Origin: a virus
Lineage: Duplodnaviria; Caudoviricetes
Direction: 5' to 3' (one strand)
Length of the DNA stretch: 60,222 nt
IMG/VR virus record: IMGVR_UViG_3300042898_005595
Coordinates: 1-60,222 of that record
The notes beneath the pieces were generated by a model. It saw only the letters and a program-made list of their open reading frames with translations, was not told where the DNA came from and ran no database searches. Positions 45,604 to 56,262 of the stretch are shown here, one piece after another. The position numbers were made by a program, and so were the translations under genes. How positions within the stretch are numbered: the first letter of the stretch is position 1; each line of letters begins with the position of its first letter.

Positions 45604-47934
45604 CTATTTTAGAAAAGTTAAAAAATTGTTATAGACTTCAATTGATTTTTCATTTTCATCTCTATATCTATCCATATTGTTTTCATCCAAAACAGATTTA
45701 ACAAGTGAGTCATATCTATCAACTTCCCTTCTAATAATATTTATACTTCTGGAAAAATTACCACCAACATCATTATATCTACCATAATTACAAATAAGTC
45801 CTTGAGTTCTAGTATTTGAATCGATCGAGTTTTGAGTTAAATATGATTCAAGTCGATATCTTGCATAATCTGAATCATTAAAAACAATATACCAATAGGA
45901 AAAATATAATATTGAATCTTTAAATGTTTTAATAAACTTTCTCAACTTATCTTTTAAAATATCATCACTATCTCTAGTATCTACAAAAACTTCTTTTTTA
46001 TCTAAATCCTCAAAGGTAAAATCTCGAGAAGAACCTCGGATGTCCGATAAAAATTGGTCTATCGATTCATCACTTAACACTTTTTCAATAACCAAATTAT
46101 CTTTATACAATTTTGATACAATACTATTAAAATAAGATGTATAAGATCCATATTCTTTAACACCATTGTACGAATCATTTATAGTTCTATAAGACCCAAC
46201 ATTATTTGAATATAAATAATCACCAATCTCTTTTAAATTTTTTAATAAAGGTTCAGGATTACATCCCTCAATAGACGCCGTGTATTTCTTAATTATATCA
46301 ACACTATACTTATAACACATTCTACTATATCCTTTATAGTAATCTTCATTTTGTATATAAACAACCGGTCTATCACCAATTTCAAAATTAAAATACTCTA
46401 ATGTTTCTTTAGTAGAATATTTTTTTCTACTAGTTTGTGTTTTATCATAAAAATTTAAAAATATAGGAAACTTTGTATATTTATCATCAATCCCCCATGA
46501 GTGATAATAAACACTTAAGGTGTCAAGTAAGTCATTAAATATCCTATCAGAGTGATTAAATTCATCACTATCTATCATATAGAGTGTGATATATTCATTA
46601 TCTAATCTATCTGTTTTTATAATATTATTTCCATTATAGGCGTCCCATAAACAAAACTTACTATTAATCCAATAGTCATTGAAGCCAATTTCAACGTTTA
46701 AATAGTTTGAATTATCTAATTTAGATCGTAAAAACTTTTTAGGATCAGAAGGTCGTCCATCTTTAACACCATCATAAACAGTGATTATATCATTAGAATC
46801 AACTAATCCAAATCCTTCTAGATTGACCGCATTATCTTTATCAATATAAGATTTATAATAATCTGAATAAATTGAATTATCTTTAAAAATCCAATTATCA
46901 TCATAACCTCTCACACAATCAGACTCTAAATAGTAATCATTAAGACTATTAACATAAATAGATTCTCTATTTGAAAGCCATCTTTGATAATGATCGGACC
47001 AATCATGATTAGGTACATTTGGATCACCTTCAGTATTTTGAATATGAAATTGTAATTTCGATCTATCCTCTATTGCATATGTTCCTAAAACACCATCTTC
47101 ATAGTCAAGAACAGATAGAGTATCCATATATGGATACTTATCAAACTTCCATTTTTTCAATTGTATTTTACTTTCCCTTGTTTTCCCCATAAAATGTGAC
47201 ATATAATCATCATCAGTTGCCTTTATAAAATCTTTATACCAATCATGAATCTTTTCAGCATCATTATCAAATCTTGTATAAATTCTATCTAAATAATAAC
47301 CATATTTATTAACACCTCCAATTAATTTCCAAAGTAAAGCTCTTCCAAGTAATCTATTTTTATCATCAACTAGAATTACTAATTGACAGACATCAGGATT
47401 TTCTGTGTAAATATTTAAAAAAGATTGAGTTTCTTCATATCTCATACAAGAACTATTCAATTGACCACCACCAGGTACATATTTATCTACATGATACCAA
47501 TCTCTAATATCCTCACCTGAAACTACATGAATACCTTCTCCAGTTTTTTTAAATAATTTATCCCAAGCATTTTTATAAGTATTAACAAATTTTTCAATTT
47601 GCGGATCGGTTACAGAAATACTATTAGTTGTTAAAATTTGTCTAACTGTTCTACCAATCTTAGCACTATTTGTAGCTCTATCAAATGGATCTTGACCCGC
47701 ATCAATAAATCTTTTTACTTGTGTATCATTTACAAATTTCATGTCATCATTTTTATCAGATGGCTTTAGATAATTAACATTAGTTTTAATATCTTTATCT
47801 ATCAATGATAATAACATTTTAGCGACAGGATCTTTATCAGAAATTGATCTAATTAATTCATCAAATTCTGGATTAACTTTTAAAATTGACTCTAAAAGTA
47901 AAAAAAAACTAAAATCGAAATATTTTTTAATCAT
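45604..47934 (-). CDS. Large SCM/RALLW/DRIY-family protein
   Basis: KIGR, NSSCMR, GRALLW, YLDRIY, YPYMDT. Confidence 0.65.
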   Translation of the reverse strand: MIKKYFDFSFFLLLESILKVNPEFDELIRSISDKDPVAKMLLSLIDKDIKTNVNYLKPSDKNDDMKFVNDTQVKRFIDAGQDPFDRATNSAKIGRTVRQILTTNSISVTDPQIEKFVNTYKNAWDKLFKKTGEGIHVVSGEDIRDWYHVDKYVPGGGQLNSSCMRYEETQSFLNIYTENPDVCQLVILVDDKNRLLGRALLWKLIGGVNKYGYYLDRIYTRFDNDAEKIHDWYKDFIKATDDDYMSHFMGKTRESKIQLKKWKFDKYPYMDTLSVLDYEDGVLGTYAIEDRSKLQFHIQNTEGDPNVPNHDWSDHYQRWLSNRESIYVNSLNDYYLESDCVRGYDDNWIFKDNSIYSDYYKSYIDKDNAVNLEGFGLVDSNDIITVYDGVKDGRPSDPKKFLRSKLDNSNYLNVEIGFNDYWINSKFCLWDAYNGNNIIKTDRLDNEYITLYMIDSDEFNHSDRIFNDLLDTLSVYYHSWGIDDKYTKFPIFLNFYDKTQTSRKKYSTKETLEYFNFEIGDRPVVYIQNEDYYKGYSRMCYKYSVDIIKKYTASIEGCNPEPLLKNLKEIGDYLYSNNVGSYRTINDSYNGVKEYGSYTSYFNSIVSKLYKDNLVIEKVLSDESIDQFLSDIRGSSRDFTFEDLDKKEVFVDTRDSDDILKDKLRKFIKTFKDSILYFSYWYIVFNDSDYARYRLESYLTQNSIDSNTRTQGLICNYGRYNDVGGNFSRSINIIRREVDRYDSLVKSVLDENNMDRYRDENEKSIEVYNNFLTFLK

Positions 47935-48779
47935 TGTTCTTTTATTAATTTATTACCACCTAAAGTTTCTTGATCAGTATCGGAATCAACTATATCATAA
48001 GATCTTACAGCCGTTGGGACATCTAATCCCTTTGTATTAAATCCAAATTTATTTTTAAATTTATTAACTAACCAATCAAATCCATATTTTGATAAAAATA
48101 TGGATATTCCTAGTACAATTGCTGATGTATTTCCTATAAGAGTATCCATAGTTATATCATATTTACCAATTATTGCACTTATACCATTCATAGCAGGTAT
48201 AAGAATACTGGTATATCCTAACATATCAATTAATCCATTAACAATATATGGTGTGTTTTTAAATAAATCTTTTAAAATTTTTCCTAAAAAATTAAAGCAT
48301 TCTGCCATTTTTTTAATTATACCATTTCCAATTCCTCTAAGTTTAAGTTCTTCTAAAATAGTTCTAGCATCTTGTTTAGTAACAACACTCTTAATCATTC
48401 CAGTACCACCACAATTTTTACAATCTTTAGATTTGATTTTACAGTCACAAGGAACTTCTGGATCACCTACATTATTTTTAGATTCTTCTAAATAAGTTAT
48501 TGTAAGTGCGGCGATAGAAACAAGTACAATATTTTCCATAGTTGGTTCTACTTTTAGAACACCATTTTTAATTAAACCTTCTACGATAGGATACATTGCT
48601 CTAACACCAACACCAAATGTAAATACCAATCCATAATTAAATCTTAAATCATTTGATAGTTTTTTCAAAATACCATCAATTTGAGGATCTTTGTCATCGG
48701 ATTCATTAATAATTGGATTTGCAATAAAATTGGCTAGATCTTCTGCCATTTGATATTGTTTATAACTCAAAACTTTCAT
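47931..48779 (-). CDS. Membrane protein with CxxCxGxG motif
   Basis: Hydrophobic helices; CKNCGGTG. Confidence 0.6.
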   Translation of the reverse strand: MKVLSYKQYQMAEDLANFIANPIINESDDKDPQIDGILKKLSNDLRFNYGLVFTFGVGVRAMYPIVEGLIKNGVLKVEPTMENIVLVSIAALTITYLEESKNNVGDPEVPCDCKIKSKDCKNCGGTGMIKSVVTKQDARTILEELKLRGIGNGIIKKMAECFNFLGKILKDLFKNTPYIVNGLIDMLGYTSILIPAMNGISAIIGKYDITMDTLIGNTSAIVLGISIFLSKYGFDWLVNKFKNKFGFNTKGLDVPTAVRSYDIVDSDTDQETLGGNKLIKEQ

Positions 48780-48789
48780 TAATTATATA

Positions 48790-49974
48790 TTAATTTTTAA
48801 TTTTAATCCAACCATCTTTTTCATTAAAAATGAATCCATTTTTAGGATCTTTTAAATAGTCTAATGAGAAAAAATCTTTCTCAGATGCAACATAATATCC
48901 CCTTCTTCTATATACCCAACCATTCTGGGTATTAGACCACTCATAATTATCTAAATCATCAGTTTCAATTCTTTGACCATCAACAGTATATTGTGGTATA
49001 ACTTCTAATGGTTCTCCATCTGTATCTGTAAGTACATAATATTTATTATTAAATGGTTCATTATTAGATAGAGTATTCTTTTGACCGTATATAAAAGTAT
49101 CCATATATGGAATATCTCTTACTTTTCCGGTAAATTCTTCTTTACTATATTCGTCAATACTAAACTTTAAACTTATTATCATTGGAAACCATGAAACTTT
49201 ACCATCTTTAACATATTCAACACTTGGACCACTCTTATTTTCATTTTTATAGATTATATTATTTGATTTAGCATAGTCTTTAAATTTAAAATAATCCGAA
49301 TCATTTATTACATAGATTCTATCCATAAATAAACCTTTATCAGTTTGCCAAATAAGTGATCTTCCAAAAATATGACCATCAGAATTTAATAAAACTAAAA
49401 GTTTTACCGGAACATATTGATAAAAATCAATTAAATGTAGTTCATCATTCATACAAGAATTCATAAGTGAATTAGAACTTGAACCATCATAATTATAATT
49501 TTTAGATTGATAACCGGAAATAATTTTATTTCCCTCCCAAATTTCAAAATTTAAAGAAGTTTCTTCTCTAATCGATTTATACTGATTAACAAAACTTTCA
49601 ATTTCTTGATCTGTAAATTCATCAAGAAATATTTTTTTTATAAATCTACCAACTCTAATATTTGTATTATTTTTAAAATAAATAGGAGTTTCATTCCTAA
49701 GTGGTCTGACTAGTGTAGATAGTTTAGGATAATCATATGTATTAAAGTGTTGTGATAGTTTAGTTGCTGTTGTAAAAGAAATAGTATCCACATCATCACC
49801 AACCATTATTAATGAAAAATCACTTGGTTCGGTATGTAAATTCAATAAAGCTACACATATAGGAGAATCTATTCTTTCTAGAATATTTTCAAAATCATAA
49901 GACATAATAAAAGGAACTTTTATAGTTTCTTTAACACTCTCTAAAATAAATTCAAAAAATTTAAATAATCTCAT
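48790..49974 (-). CDS. SCM/RSLIW/DRIY-family protein, paralog of 45604-47934
   Basis: RVGR, NSCMN, GRSLIW, FMDRIY, IPYMDT. Confidence 0.65.
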   Translation of the reverse strand: MRLFKFFEFILESVKETIKVPFIMSYDFENILERIDSPICVALLNLHTEPSDFSLIMVGDDVDTISFTTATKLSQHFNTYDYPKLSTLVRPLRNETPIYFKNNTNIRVGRFIKKIFLDEFTDQEIESFVNQYKSIREETSLNFEIWEGNKIISGYQSKNYNYDGSSSNSLMNSCMNDELHLIDFYQYVPVKLLVLLNSDGHIFGRSLIWQTDKGLFMDRIYVINDSDYFKFKDYAKSNNIIYKNENKSGPSVEYVKDGKVSWFPMIISLKFSIDEYSKEEFTGKVRDIPYMDTFIYGQKNTLSNNEPFNNKYYVLTDTDGEPLEVIPQYTVDGQRIETDDLDNYEWSNTQNGWVYRRRGYYVASEKDFFSLDYLKDPKNGFIFNEKDGWIKIKN

Positions 49975-50042
49975 CTTTTTATATATAAAATCAATAAATC
50001 GATTTATTTTTATTAATATATAAATAAAAATAAATCCATAAT

Positions 50043-50546
50043 ATGAGATTCATAAAAAAATTTGAAAACTTTTTCCTCACACCAGATGTTGAGTCAGACG
50101 AAGAAGAATATTTAAGAAATAAAAGAAATTCTATCATGAATCCAGAACCGGATAGTGAAGATACGGAATTAGACAGTATGCCAATGGGTGATGAAGATAC
50201 GGAATTAGACAGTATGCCAATGTCACATCACGATATGCCAATGGATGAAATGCCAGAAGAAGAATTTGAAGGAGAAGGTGAATATGAAGAAGATGAAGAA
50301 AACAACTTCAATAACAACCATATTATGAGCTTCGAAGCTAAAAATAATTCATATAAAAAAGCCAAAAGTAAATCTAAACCAGATTTCTTAGATTTAGATA
50401 AAGATGGTGATAAAAAAGAATCCATGAAAAAGGCAGCTAAAGATGCTAAATCTAAAGATGTTAAAAGTGATAAAAAAGGACTAACAGCAGCTCAAAAGAA
50501 ACTTCCAGCTGGTCTTCAAAAAGCAATTTTGGCTAAAAAGAAATAA
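50043..50546 (+). CDS. Acidic/basic low-complexity protein with CTS-like start and EF-hand-like motif
   Basis: MRFIKKFENF; PDFLDLDKDGDKKE. Confidence 0.7.
   Translation: MRFIKKFENFFLTPDVESDEEEYLRNKRNSIMNPEPDSEDTELDSMPMGDEDTELDSMPMSHHDMPMDEMPEEEFEGEGEYEEDEENNFNNNHIMSFEAKNNSYKKAKSKSKPDFLDLDKDGDKKESMKKAAKDAKSKDVKSDKKGLTAAQKKLPAGLQKAILAKKK
50156..50222 (+). repeat. In-frame direct repeat, 31 nt x2 at 36-nt period
   Basis: TGAAGATACGGAATTAGACAGTATGCCAATG twice (EDTELDSMPM). Confidence 0.9.
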
Positions 50547-50559
50547 TAAAAATAAAAAT

Positions 50560-50591
50560 AAAAAAAAACACACTAACTAGTGTGTTTTTTT
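50560..50591 (+). terminator. Intrinsic terminator
   Basis: AAAAAAACACACTA-AC-TAGTGTGTTTTTTT. Confidence 0.75.
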
Positions 50592-50607
50592 ATTTAATAT
50601 ATACCAT

Positions 50608-51333
50608 ATGAGAATAATTAAATTTAATGAGTCTTTATCAAAAGAAGAAATTGATGACATTCTTTTAGATCTTAAAGATGATGGTTACGAAATTGAATCA
50701 ACTATTTTTGGTGGATTTGTTAACATAACTGGTAAAATTCCATCTGTTGAAATAGATAGAATTAAATTTCTTAAAGATATTATTGATTTAAATACTAGAA
50801 TATCATCAATTGGATATGAGCCCATCAATGATATTTTACATGTTTATATGGGAAGGTTAAATGGGCAACCCTATTGTCAATTTATGTTAAAATTCAAAGA
50901 TAATGAGACATCAGCAAATAAAGATGTAAACTCATTTGAAGAGTTTAAAGAATATGTTGAAAAAGCATTAAGTCTCGAGTTCTATGAGTGGGACACAGAA
51001 GTGTATATTCCAGATTTAGAAAATAGACCTCGTTTAAAATTAGATATAAATAAAACCATTAGCTCATCAGGAAATATCCCAGCTGGATTTACAATAGGAT
51101 TTGAAAGAGGAAGTCTAAATGATATAGAAAATAGTATAGACAGAAAAGAACTATCAGAATTAGTAATGACTGATGATGAGTATTACTCTGTAAATTTATG
51201 GTCTGTTCCTGAAAGGGAAAAAGAAAATTATTCAGACCCAGAACTTATAAAAAGAGCCAGGTCTAAACAATTTAAATTTGATAAAAGAGGAATAGAAGCA
51301 GTAGAAAGATGCCTAAAAGCCTTTAAGCGTTAA
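50608..51333 (+). CDS. Hypothetical protein with CTS-like N-terminus
   Basis: MRIIKFNES..EIDDILLDLKD. Confidence 0.65.
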   Translation: MRIIKFNESLSKEEIDDILLDLKDDGYEIESTIFGGFVNITGKIPSVEIDRIKFLKDIIDLNTRISSIGYEPINDILHVYMGRLNGQPYCQFMLKFKDNETSANKDVNSFEEFKEYVEKALSLEFYEWDTEVYIPDLENRPRLKLDINKTISSSGNIPAGFTIGFERGSLNDIENSIDRKELSELVMTDDEYYSVNLWSVPEREKENYSDPELIKRARSKQFKFDKRGIEAVERCLKAFKR

Positions 51334-52990
51334 TTTTAACATTAACCCTTTTAATAGCCTCCTGAAACCAATTTGGGAAAAAGTGACCAGAATATTTTAA
51401 TAAATCTGAAAAAGATCCATCAATTATAATAGTATCAGCATAATCTTCATTTGATCTAACAGCTCTACCAGTCATTTGAATCAATCCAGAAACCGTTTTC
51501 CAAGTATACCAATCAGGATTCATTTTCTGTCTTAACTTATTTTTCTGAGAAGCCAAAGTTGGATAAGGAATTTTAGCGATTACTTGAAATCTTGCTTTAT
51601 CATCATCAAAACTAACACCGGTATCCATACTTGGAGAAACTATAACGGTTGGTTTTTCAGTAGCATAATGTTCCTGTAATACTAAATCCTTATTAGATGA
51701 ATCATGATAAACTAATCGTGGATTTCGAACATCACGAGACACCCAACTTGCTAACTCAAAGGAATTAGTATGTATAATTCCTTTCTTATCAGGATATTTA
51801 TTCAATATCTTCTGAATAAACGGTACATAATTCTTAAAGGTATCTTCTTTTGATTTATAAGACATCTTACCAAGTGGCATATAATAGATTGGTCGATTCT
51901 TAACTGGAAAAGGAGATTCAATTGAATAATAAACAGCCTTATCAACATCCAAACCATTCAATTGACAGAATAAACTCTTATCGAGAATAGTTCCAGACAT
52001 TAGAAAAACCATATCATATTTTGAAAAAACGTACTTATCAAGATAATCAAATGCCCAAATAGGCTCTAGTGATAATTCTTTTTGTTTAGTTTTTTCATTA
52101 TAGTTTGATTCTAATACCCAATTATCAGGATTAGCTTTATATTCATTTAAAAATATTTCAATTTTAGATTGATATTGTTGCAAATCAGTTATAACTTGCA
52201 TTAACTTAAAATCCGAGTTTTTACCTCCCAATACTTTATTAACAGAATTTTCTCTTTTAACAGATTTTGCACTTCTTTTCTCAGCACTTAAAGATCTTTC
52301 AACATCACCAATAGTTGTTCCAATTTCACCTTGTAACTCTTTAAGAAATTCAATATATCCACTAATACTACTAACACTCTTTAGATCCTTAATAATCTTA
52401 GATTCATTAGAAAATTTTAATTTTTTAACAACAGACTCAGTTATTTTAATTGTTATAAAATCTGACATCACATCATCAAAATCATGAGCTTCATCAACAA
52501 TTAACACATTACTGCCTCTAGCATCCATCATCTTAGTCATATATAACTGAAATAGAATATAAAGATAGAAATTGGTCAATGACATTCTACCAGAAACATA
52601 ACCATCTCTAGCTCCAGAGTGTGGACAAAACTCACAAGTTGTTTTATTTAATCTATTGAATTCATTGCCCTGAGCACATGAACAAGCATATTGAGCACAC
52701 TCATAGTTTTCTTTACCTTTTAAATCGTTTATAGATTCATATGTCTCAACATATTGATCTTGTAAAATTTTACTATTTGTAATGACATCAAACTTAGCAT
52801 TACCATTGACATTTTTTAAATACCAATCAGCAATCATCAATGCTAAATGGGATTTTCCGCTCCCGACTGGGAGGTTTAGAAGAAAGAATTTATTTTCTTT
52901 ATTCTTTTTATATTCTGCATCGATAAAATCAATACATTCTTGTTGCTCTTTACGAGGTTGATATTTGAGTAAATCTTTTTTAAGTGACAT
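51323..52990 (-). CDS. DinG/Rad3-like superfamily 2 helicase
   Basis: PRKEQ, LPVGSGKS, Cys cluster, DEAH, MSGT, KIPYP, QMTGRAVR. Confidence 0.85.
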   Translation of the reverse strand: MSLKKDLLKYQPRKEQQECIDFIDAEYKKNKENKFFLLNLPVGSGKSHLALMIADWYLKNVNGNAKFDVITNSKILQDQYVETYESINDLKGKENYECAQYACSCAQGNEFNRLNKTTCEFCPHSGARDGYVSGRMSLTNFYLYILFQLYMTKMMDARGSNVLIVDEAHDFDDVMSDFITIKITESVVKKLKFSNESKIIKDLKSVSSISGYIEFLKELQGEIGTTIGDVERSLSAEKRSAKSVKRENSVNKVLGGKNSDFKLMQVITDLQQYQSKIEIFLNEYKANPDNWVLESNYNEKTKQKELSLEPIWAFDYLDKYVFSKYDMVFLMSGTILDKSLFCQLNGLDVDKAVYYSIESPFPVKNRPIYYMPLGKMSYKSKEDTFKNYVPFIQKILNKYPDKKGIIHTNSFELASWVSRDVRNPRLVYHDSSNKDLVLQEHYATEKPTVIVSPSMDTGVSFDDDKARFQVIAKIPYPTLASQKNKLRQKMNPDWYTWKTVSGLIQMTGRAVRSNEDYADTIIIDGSFSDLLKYSGHFFPNWFQEAIKRVNVKINA

Positions 52991-53013
52991 AATTGTTATA
53001 GGGTATTTTATAA

Positions 53014-54018
53014 TTATAGTTCTAATATTCTCTTTTCAAAAAATTGTGGATAATGTTTTTTTCGAAATGTATAAAATTCACCATCATTCTCACCAACAGC
53101 TGAAGTTTTATTTCTTTTTACTAATTTGTACTTCATATTATCTAACTCAAATTCATCATTAATTTTAAAAATGAATGAATTTTTCAATTCCAAACTTTCT
53201 TGATTTTTAAATTTAAAGATATATTTTCTTGGTTTTTTTATTACTCCTCTACAACATTTGCCAATTATTGATTCAGAACATCCTGTTTCAATAGCAGCAT
53301 CTTTTATTGAGAAAAATTCTTTAATAAACTCACCATCAAGGTTAAATTGTAAAACCGATTTAGAATTTAATTCTTTTGATAATTGTGTCATTTTATCTTG
53401 ATCGACACCAGCATTTCTCCTTTCTCTAATCTTTTGTATAGTCTCCTCGTTATGTTTTTTACCCCACATTGGATGATTCGTTCCAGAAACTCTAAGTGAG
53501 TGTTCTTCCTTTACTTCTTCTGTATGATTTTTTCCGAAAAATGGATTATTTTCTCCTTGATTGATTTTTTTTATATGTTCTCTTTGCTCTTGTGTCATAG
53601 GATTTACAGAATATGCTATAATTTTTTGAGACTTTTTTGTCTCAGATATTTTTCTCTTAGTTTCATCACTATGTGGAGATGTAAGTCTTCCATCTCCACC
53701 ATCAGTCTGATTGACTAAAGGACCCACTTTTAAATCTCTTCGTCCTATTTTTTTTATTACTTCAATCTCCTTCTCTAAAGCCACGTCATTTTCTAAATTT
53801 TCAAATAATTTTATTTTTAGAATCTCGCCTCCAGATTTTTTAATCTTTTTAATTTTATTAACTTTGAATGGACTCTCTCTATCTAGAGATGAAGTTGTGA
53901 TTCTATCACCAGTTCCTTTTCCAATATAAAACGGTTCATAATCAAAATTTAAATCACCATAATTAAAATCACCAGGCTTTGATTTATCAAGAAAGGCATA
54001 AACATAATATTTTTTCAT
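53014..54018 (-). CDS. GIY-YIG homing endonuclease with NUMOD3/NUMOD1-like repeats
   Basis: YYVY..PFYIGKG..R; HSDETKRKIS repeats; VLQFNLDGEFIKEF. Confidence 0.88.
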   Translation of the reverse strand: MKKYYVYAFLDKSKPGDFNYGDLNFDYEPFYIGKGTGDRITTSSLDRESPFKVNKIKKIKKSGGEILKIKLFENLENDVALEKEIEVIKKIGRRDLKVGPLVNQTDGGDGRLTSPHSDETKRKISETKKSQKIIAYSVNPMTQEQREHIKKINQGENNPFFGKNHTEEVKEEHSLRVSGTNHPMWGKKHNEETIQKIRERRNAGVDQDKMTQLSKELNSKSVLQFNLDGEFIKEFFSIKDAAIETGCSESIIGKCCRGVIKKPRKYIFKFKNQESLELKNSFIFKINDEFELDNMKYKLVKRNKTSAVGENDGEFYTFRKKHYPQFFEKRILEL

Positions 54019-54063
54019 ATTCGATTTTTTATTTTATATATAAAAATACTTTATCTCCCTATG

Positions 54064-55605
54064 TCATAATTCCGATTCTAATTGTTTAATTTCATCCATG
54101 ACTGCTTTATATTCTTCTTTCTTCTGCATCATGATTTTTTTATTTGTTTTACGATCTAGATAAACATCTTCAATCATCCTTAGAGTTGGTGACAATCTTT
54201 TTTCAAAAACCACACCATTTATACAAACAACATGTTTATCCAAATCAATCTTTATTCTTTGATTACCATTAAAACAATAATCATCCTCTTCTTCTGTTTT
54301 AACACCAATGAATGTTTCTGGAGCAATATAAAACTGCAACATCGTTGTTGGATATAAACTTGCGAAGTCATAAATTACGCACCATTTATTCATACCAACA
54401 ATTGGATCTTTAACCCACCCACCTGCAATTCCAGATTCTCCACCACGAACAGCATTTTCATCTTTAAACAAAATGATATTCTCCATATCACGGAATCTAT
54501 TTCTCAATACACCCTCTGTAATAGCAAGTGATCCAAGAGCATTATTCATCTGAGAAACAATATCAACTACTCTAATTTTAGCAAGAGCTGAAATAGCAAA
54601 AATAATAGAGATATAATTTCTGGCTTCGTGTATCTTTTGAACCAGAACGGAGTCAACCGCGTTATAATACATAAAAGTTTCAAAATCTTCTTCATAGAGT
54701 TTTTGGAGCGAACCGGTATATTTAATTTTATCCACACCAACCAACTTATTAGAAACAAAGTCTAATGAAGAGCTTTCTTTAACTTTAATTGAAGTATCAC
54801 ATATCTCATATAATTGCATGTAGTCAAATATCATTCTATGAGCGGGTACTTCATATTCAGTAGACCAAACTTTATTTAATCTTTTAGTAAATGATGAAGC
54901 AGCTGGATCAATTTTAATTTGCTTACCATTAATCCATTTGCTTAATTTTCTAGAACGATTTACAAGATATAACCAGTCATAGTTTAGAAAGTTCCAACCA
55001 GTAATAAGCGGCATCTTCGGAACCATTTTATTAAAAAAGTTGTACAACATATCAAATTCATCCTCATATTTAATGTATTTGAATTTATATTCAACTTTTG
55101 ATTTTTCAAAATATTTATTCGTATTATCTAAAATTCGATCCTGCATATCTTGTGGCATATCTTTCAATCCCAAAAGAATTATCTTATCATCATAAACAAC
55201 AGATATAGATAAAACTTGAGTAGAAGCCCCTTCTTTTTTAACTGAACCATCAGCATTCAATATATCGGCAGCTTCTGGAAATCCATCTACGATTTCAGTC
55301 TCAATATCTACAAAGAATATTTTAGGTAAGTTAAATTCAAAAATCTCATCTCTTTCTTTTTCAGGAAGAGCATCTAAGAACTCATAAACCGCATATCTAT
55401 CAGGGTGATTTACATCAATCTGTTTAACATGTTTATTATCCCAAGATTTATAATCTGGATGTCTTTGAGGGTCATTTTCTTCACAAGTAACATACTTTAG
55501 TGGATTTTCCCAATCATAATATTTTAATTTAATTTCGCCGGTTTTATCAACGTAACTTACAACTAATTTCTTCGTATTTACCAAATATTGAGTATCTATC
55601 AGCAC
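54064..55605 (-). CDS. Family B DNA polymerase, N-terminal part (exonuclease plus palm region II)
   Basis: DIET, TGWNF..YD, SLD, YN..D, GGWV..P, YDFASLYP; stops before KxxxNSxYG and YGDTDS. Confidence 0.88.
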   Translation of the reverse strand: MLIDTQYLVNTKKLVVSYVDKTGEIKLKYYDWENPLKYVTCEENDPQRHPDYKSWDNKHVKQIDVNHPDRYAVYEFLDALPEKERDEIFEFNLPKIFFVDIETEIVDGFPEAADILNADGSVKKEGASTQVLSISVVYDDKIILLGLKDMPQDMQDRILDNTNKYFEKSKVEYKFKYIKYEDEFDMLYNFFNKMVPKMPLITGWNFLNYDWLYLVNRSRKLSKWINGKQIKIDPAASSFTKRLNKVWSTEYEVPAHRMIFDYMQLYEICDTSIKVKESSSLDFVSNKLVGVDKIKYTGSLQKLYEEDFETFMYYNAVDSVLVQKIHEARNYISIIFAISALAKIRVVDIVSQMNNALGSLAITEGVLRNRFRDMENIILFKDENAVRGGESGIAGGWVKDPIVGMNKWCVIYDFASLYPTTMLQFYIAPETFIGVKTEEEDDYCFNGNQRIKIDLDKHVVCINGVVFEKRLSPTLRMIEDVYLDRKTNKKIMMQKKEEYKAVMDEIKQLESEL

Positions 55606-55647
55606 TATTTTTAATTATTTTTTTATATACTTTTTTATATATATCTC

Positions 55648-56055
55648 ATGTATATTATTTCAAAATTTGAAAGTTTTTCTAACCAACCAGATATAGAAGA
55701 AATAAAAGATATTTTTCTAGAACTGGTTGATAAATGGGATATGGTATTTGAAGGTGATTCTGGTGCTATTGGATATAAATTTATAGAAAAGAATGATATA
55801 CTATCTTTTCATAAATTTATAATGTTAGGTAAAGAAATAAAAAATATAGAACAAGTTTATTTAGTAATATACATTGATTTGACTGGACTTAATGATTTCT
55901 ATAAAACTGTATATGATTTTAATAAAGATTGTGAGGATTTATTAAAAAGATTTCAGTCCGAATTTAATTGCGAATTATTAACAGCATATGGAAATGAGTA
56001 TTTACAATCTAAAGGTATACCGACATCAAGGTTTATATTCGTTTTTAGTAATTAA
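55648..56055 (+). CDS. Hypothetical protein with CTS-like N-terminus
   Basis: ISKFESF..EIKDIFLEL. Confidence 0.6.
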   Translation: MYIISKFESFSNQPDIEEIKDIFLELVDKWDMVFEGDSGAIGYKFIEKNDILSFHKFIMLGKEIKNIEQVYLVIYIDLTGLNDFYKTVYDFNKDCEDLLKRFQSEFNCELLTAYGNEYLQSKGIPTSRFIFVFSN

Positions 56056-56262
56056 AAATCAAAAAATTGAAAGTTTTTCCATTCTTTCCAATTGTCAAAG
56101 TCATTTAATTTTACCAACTCGTCTTCAATTTCAGAAATCAATTGGTCTCTTCTTTTCTTATAACTTTCAATTGATACATCACTTGAATTTTTCAGTTCAA
56201 TTAATTTAATAGTTTCTTTAAGTTCTTTTATTTTAAATTGTATCATAAAATTTTATTTATTT

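Noticed and set aside
53014-55605. Group I intron splitting polB around the GIY-YIG gene
   Set aside because: Spacers too short for a ribozyme core and no downstream polymerase exon
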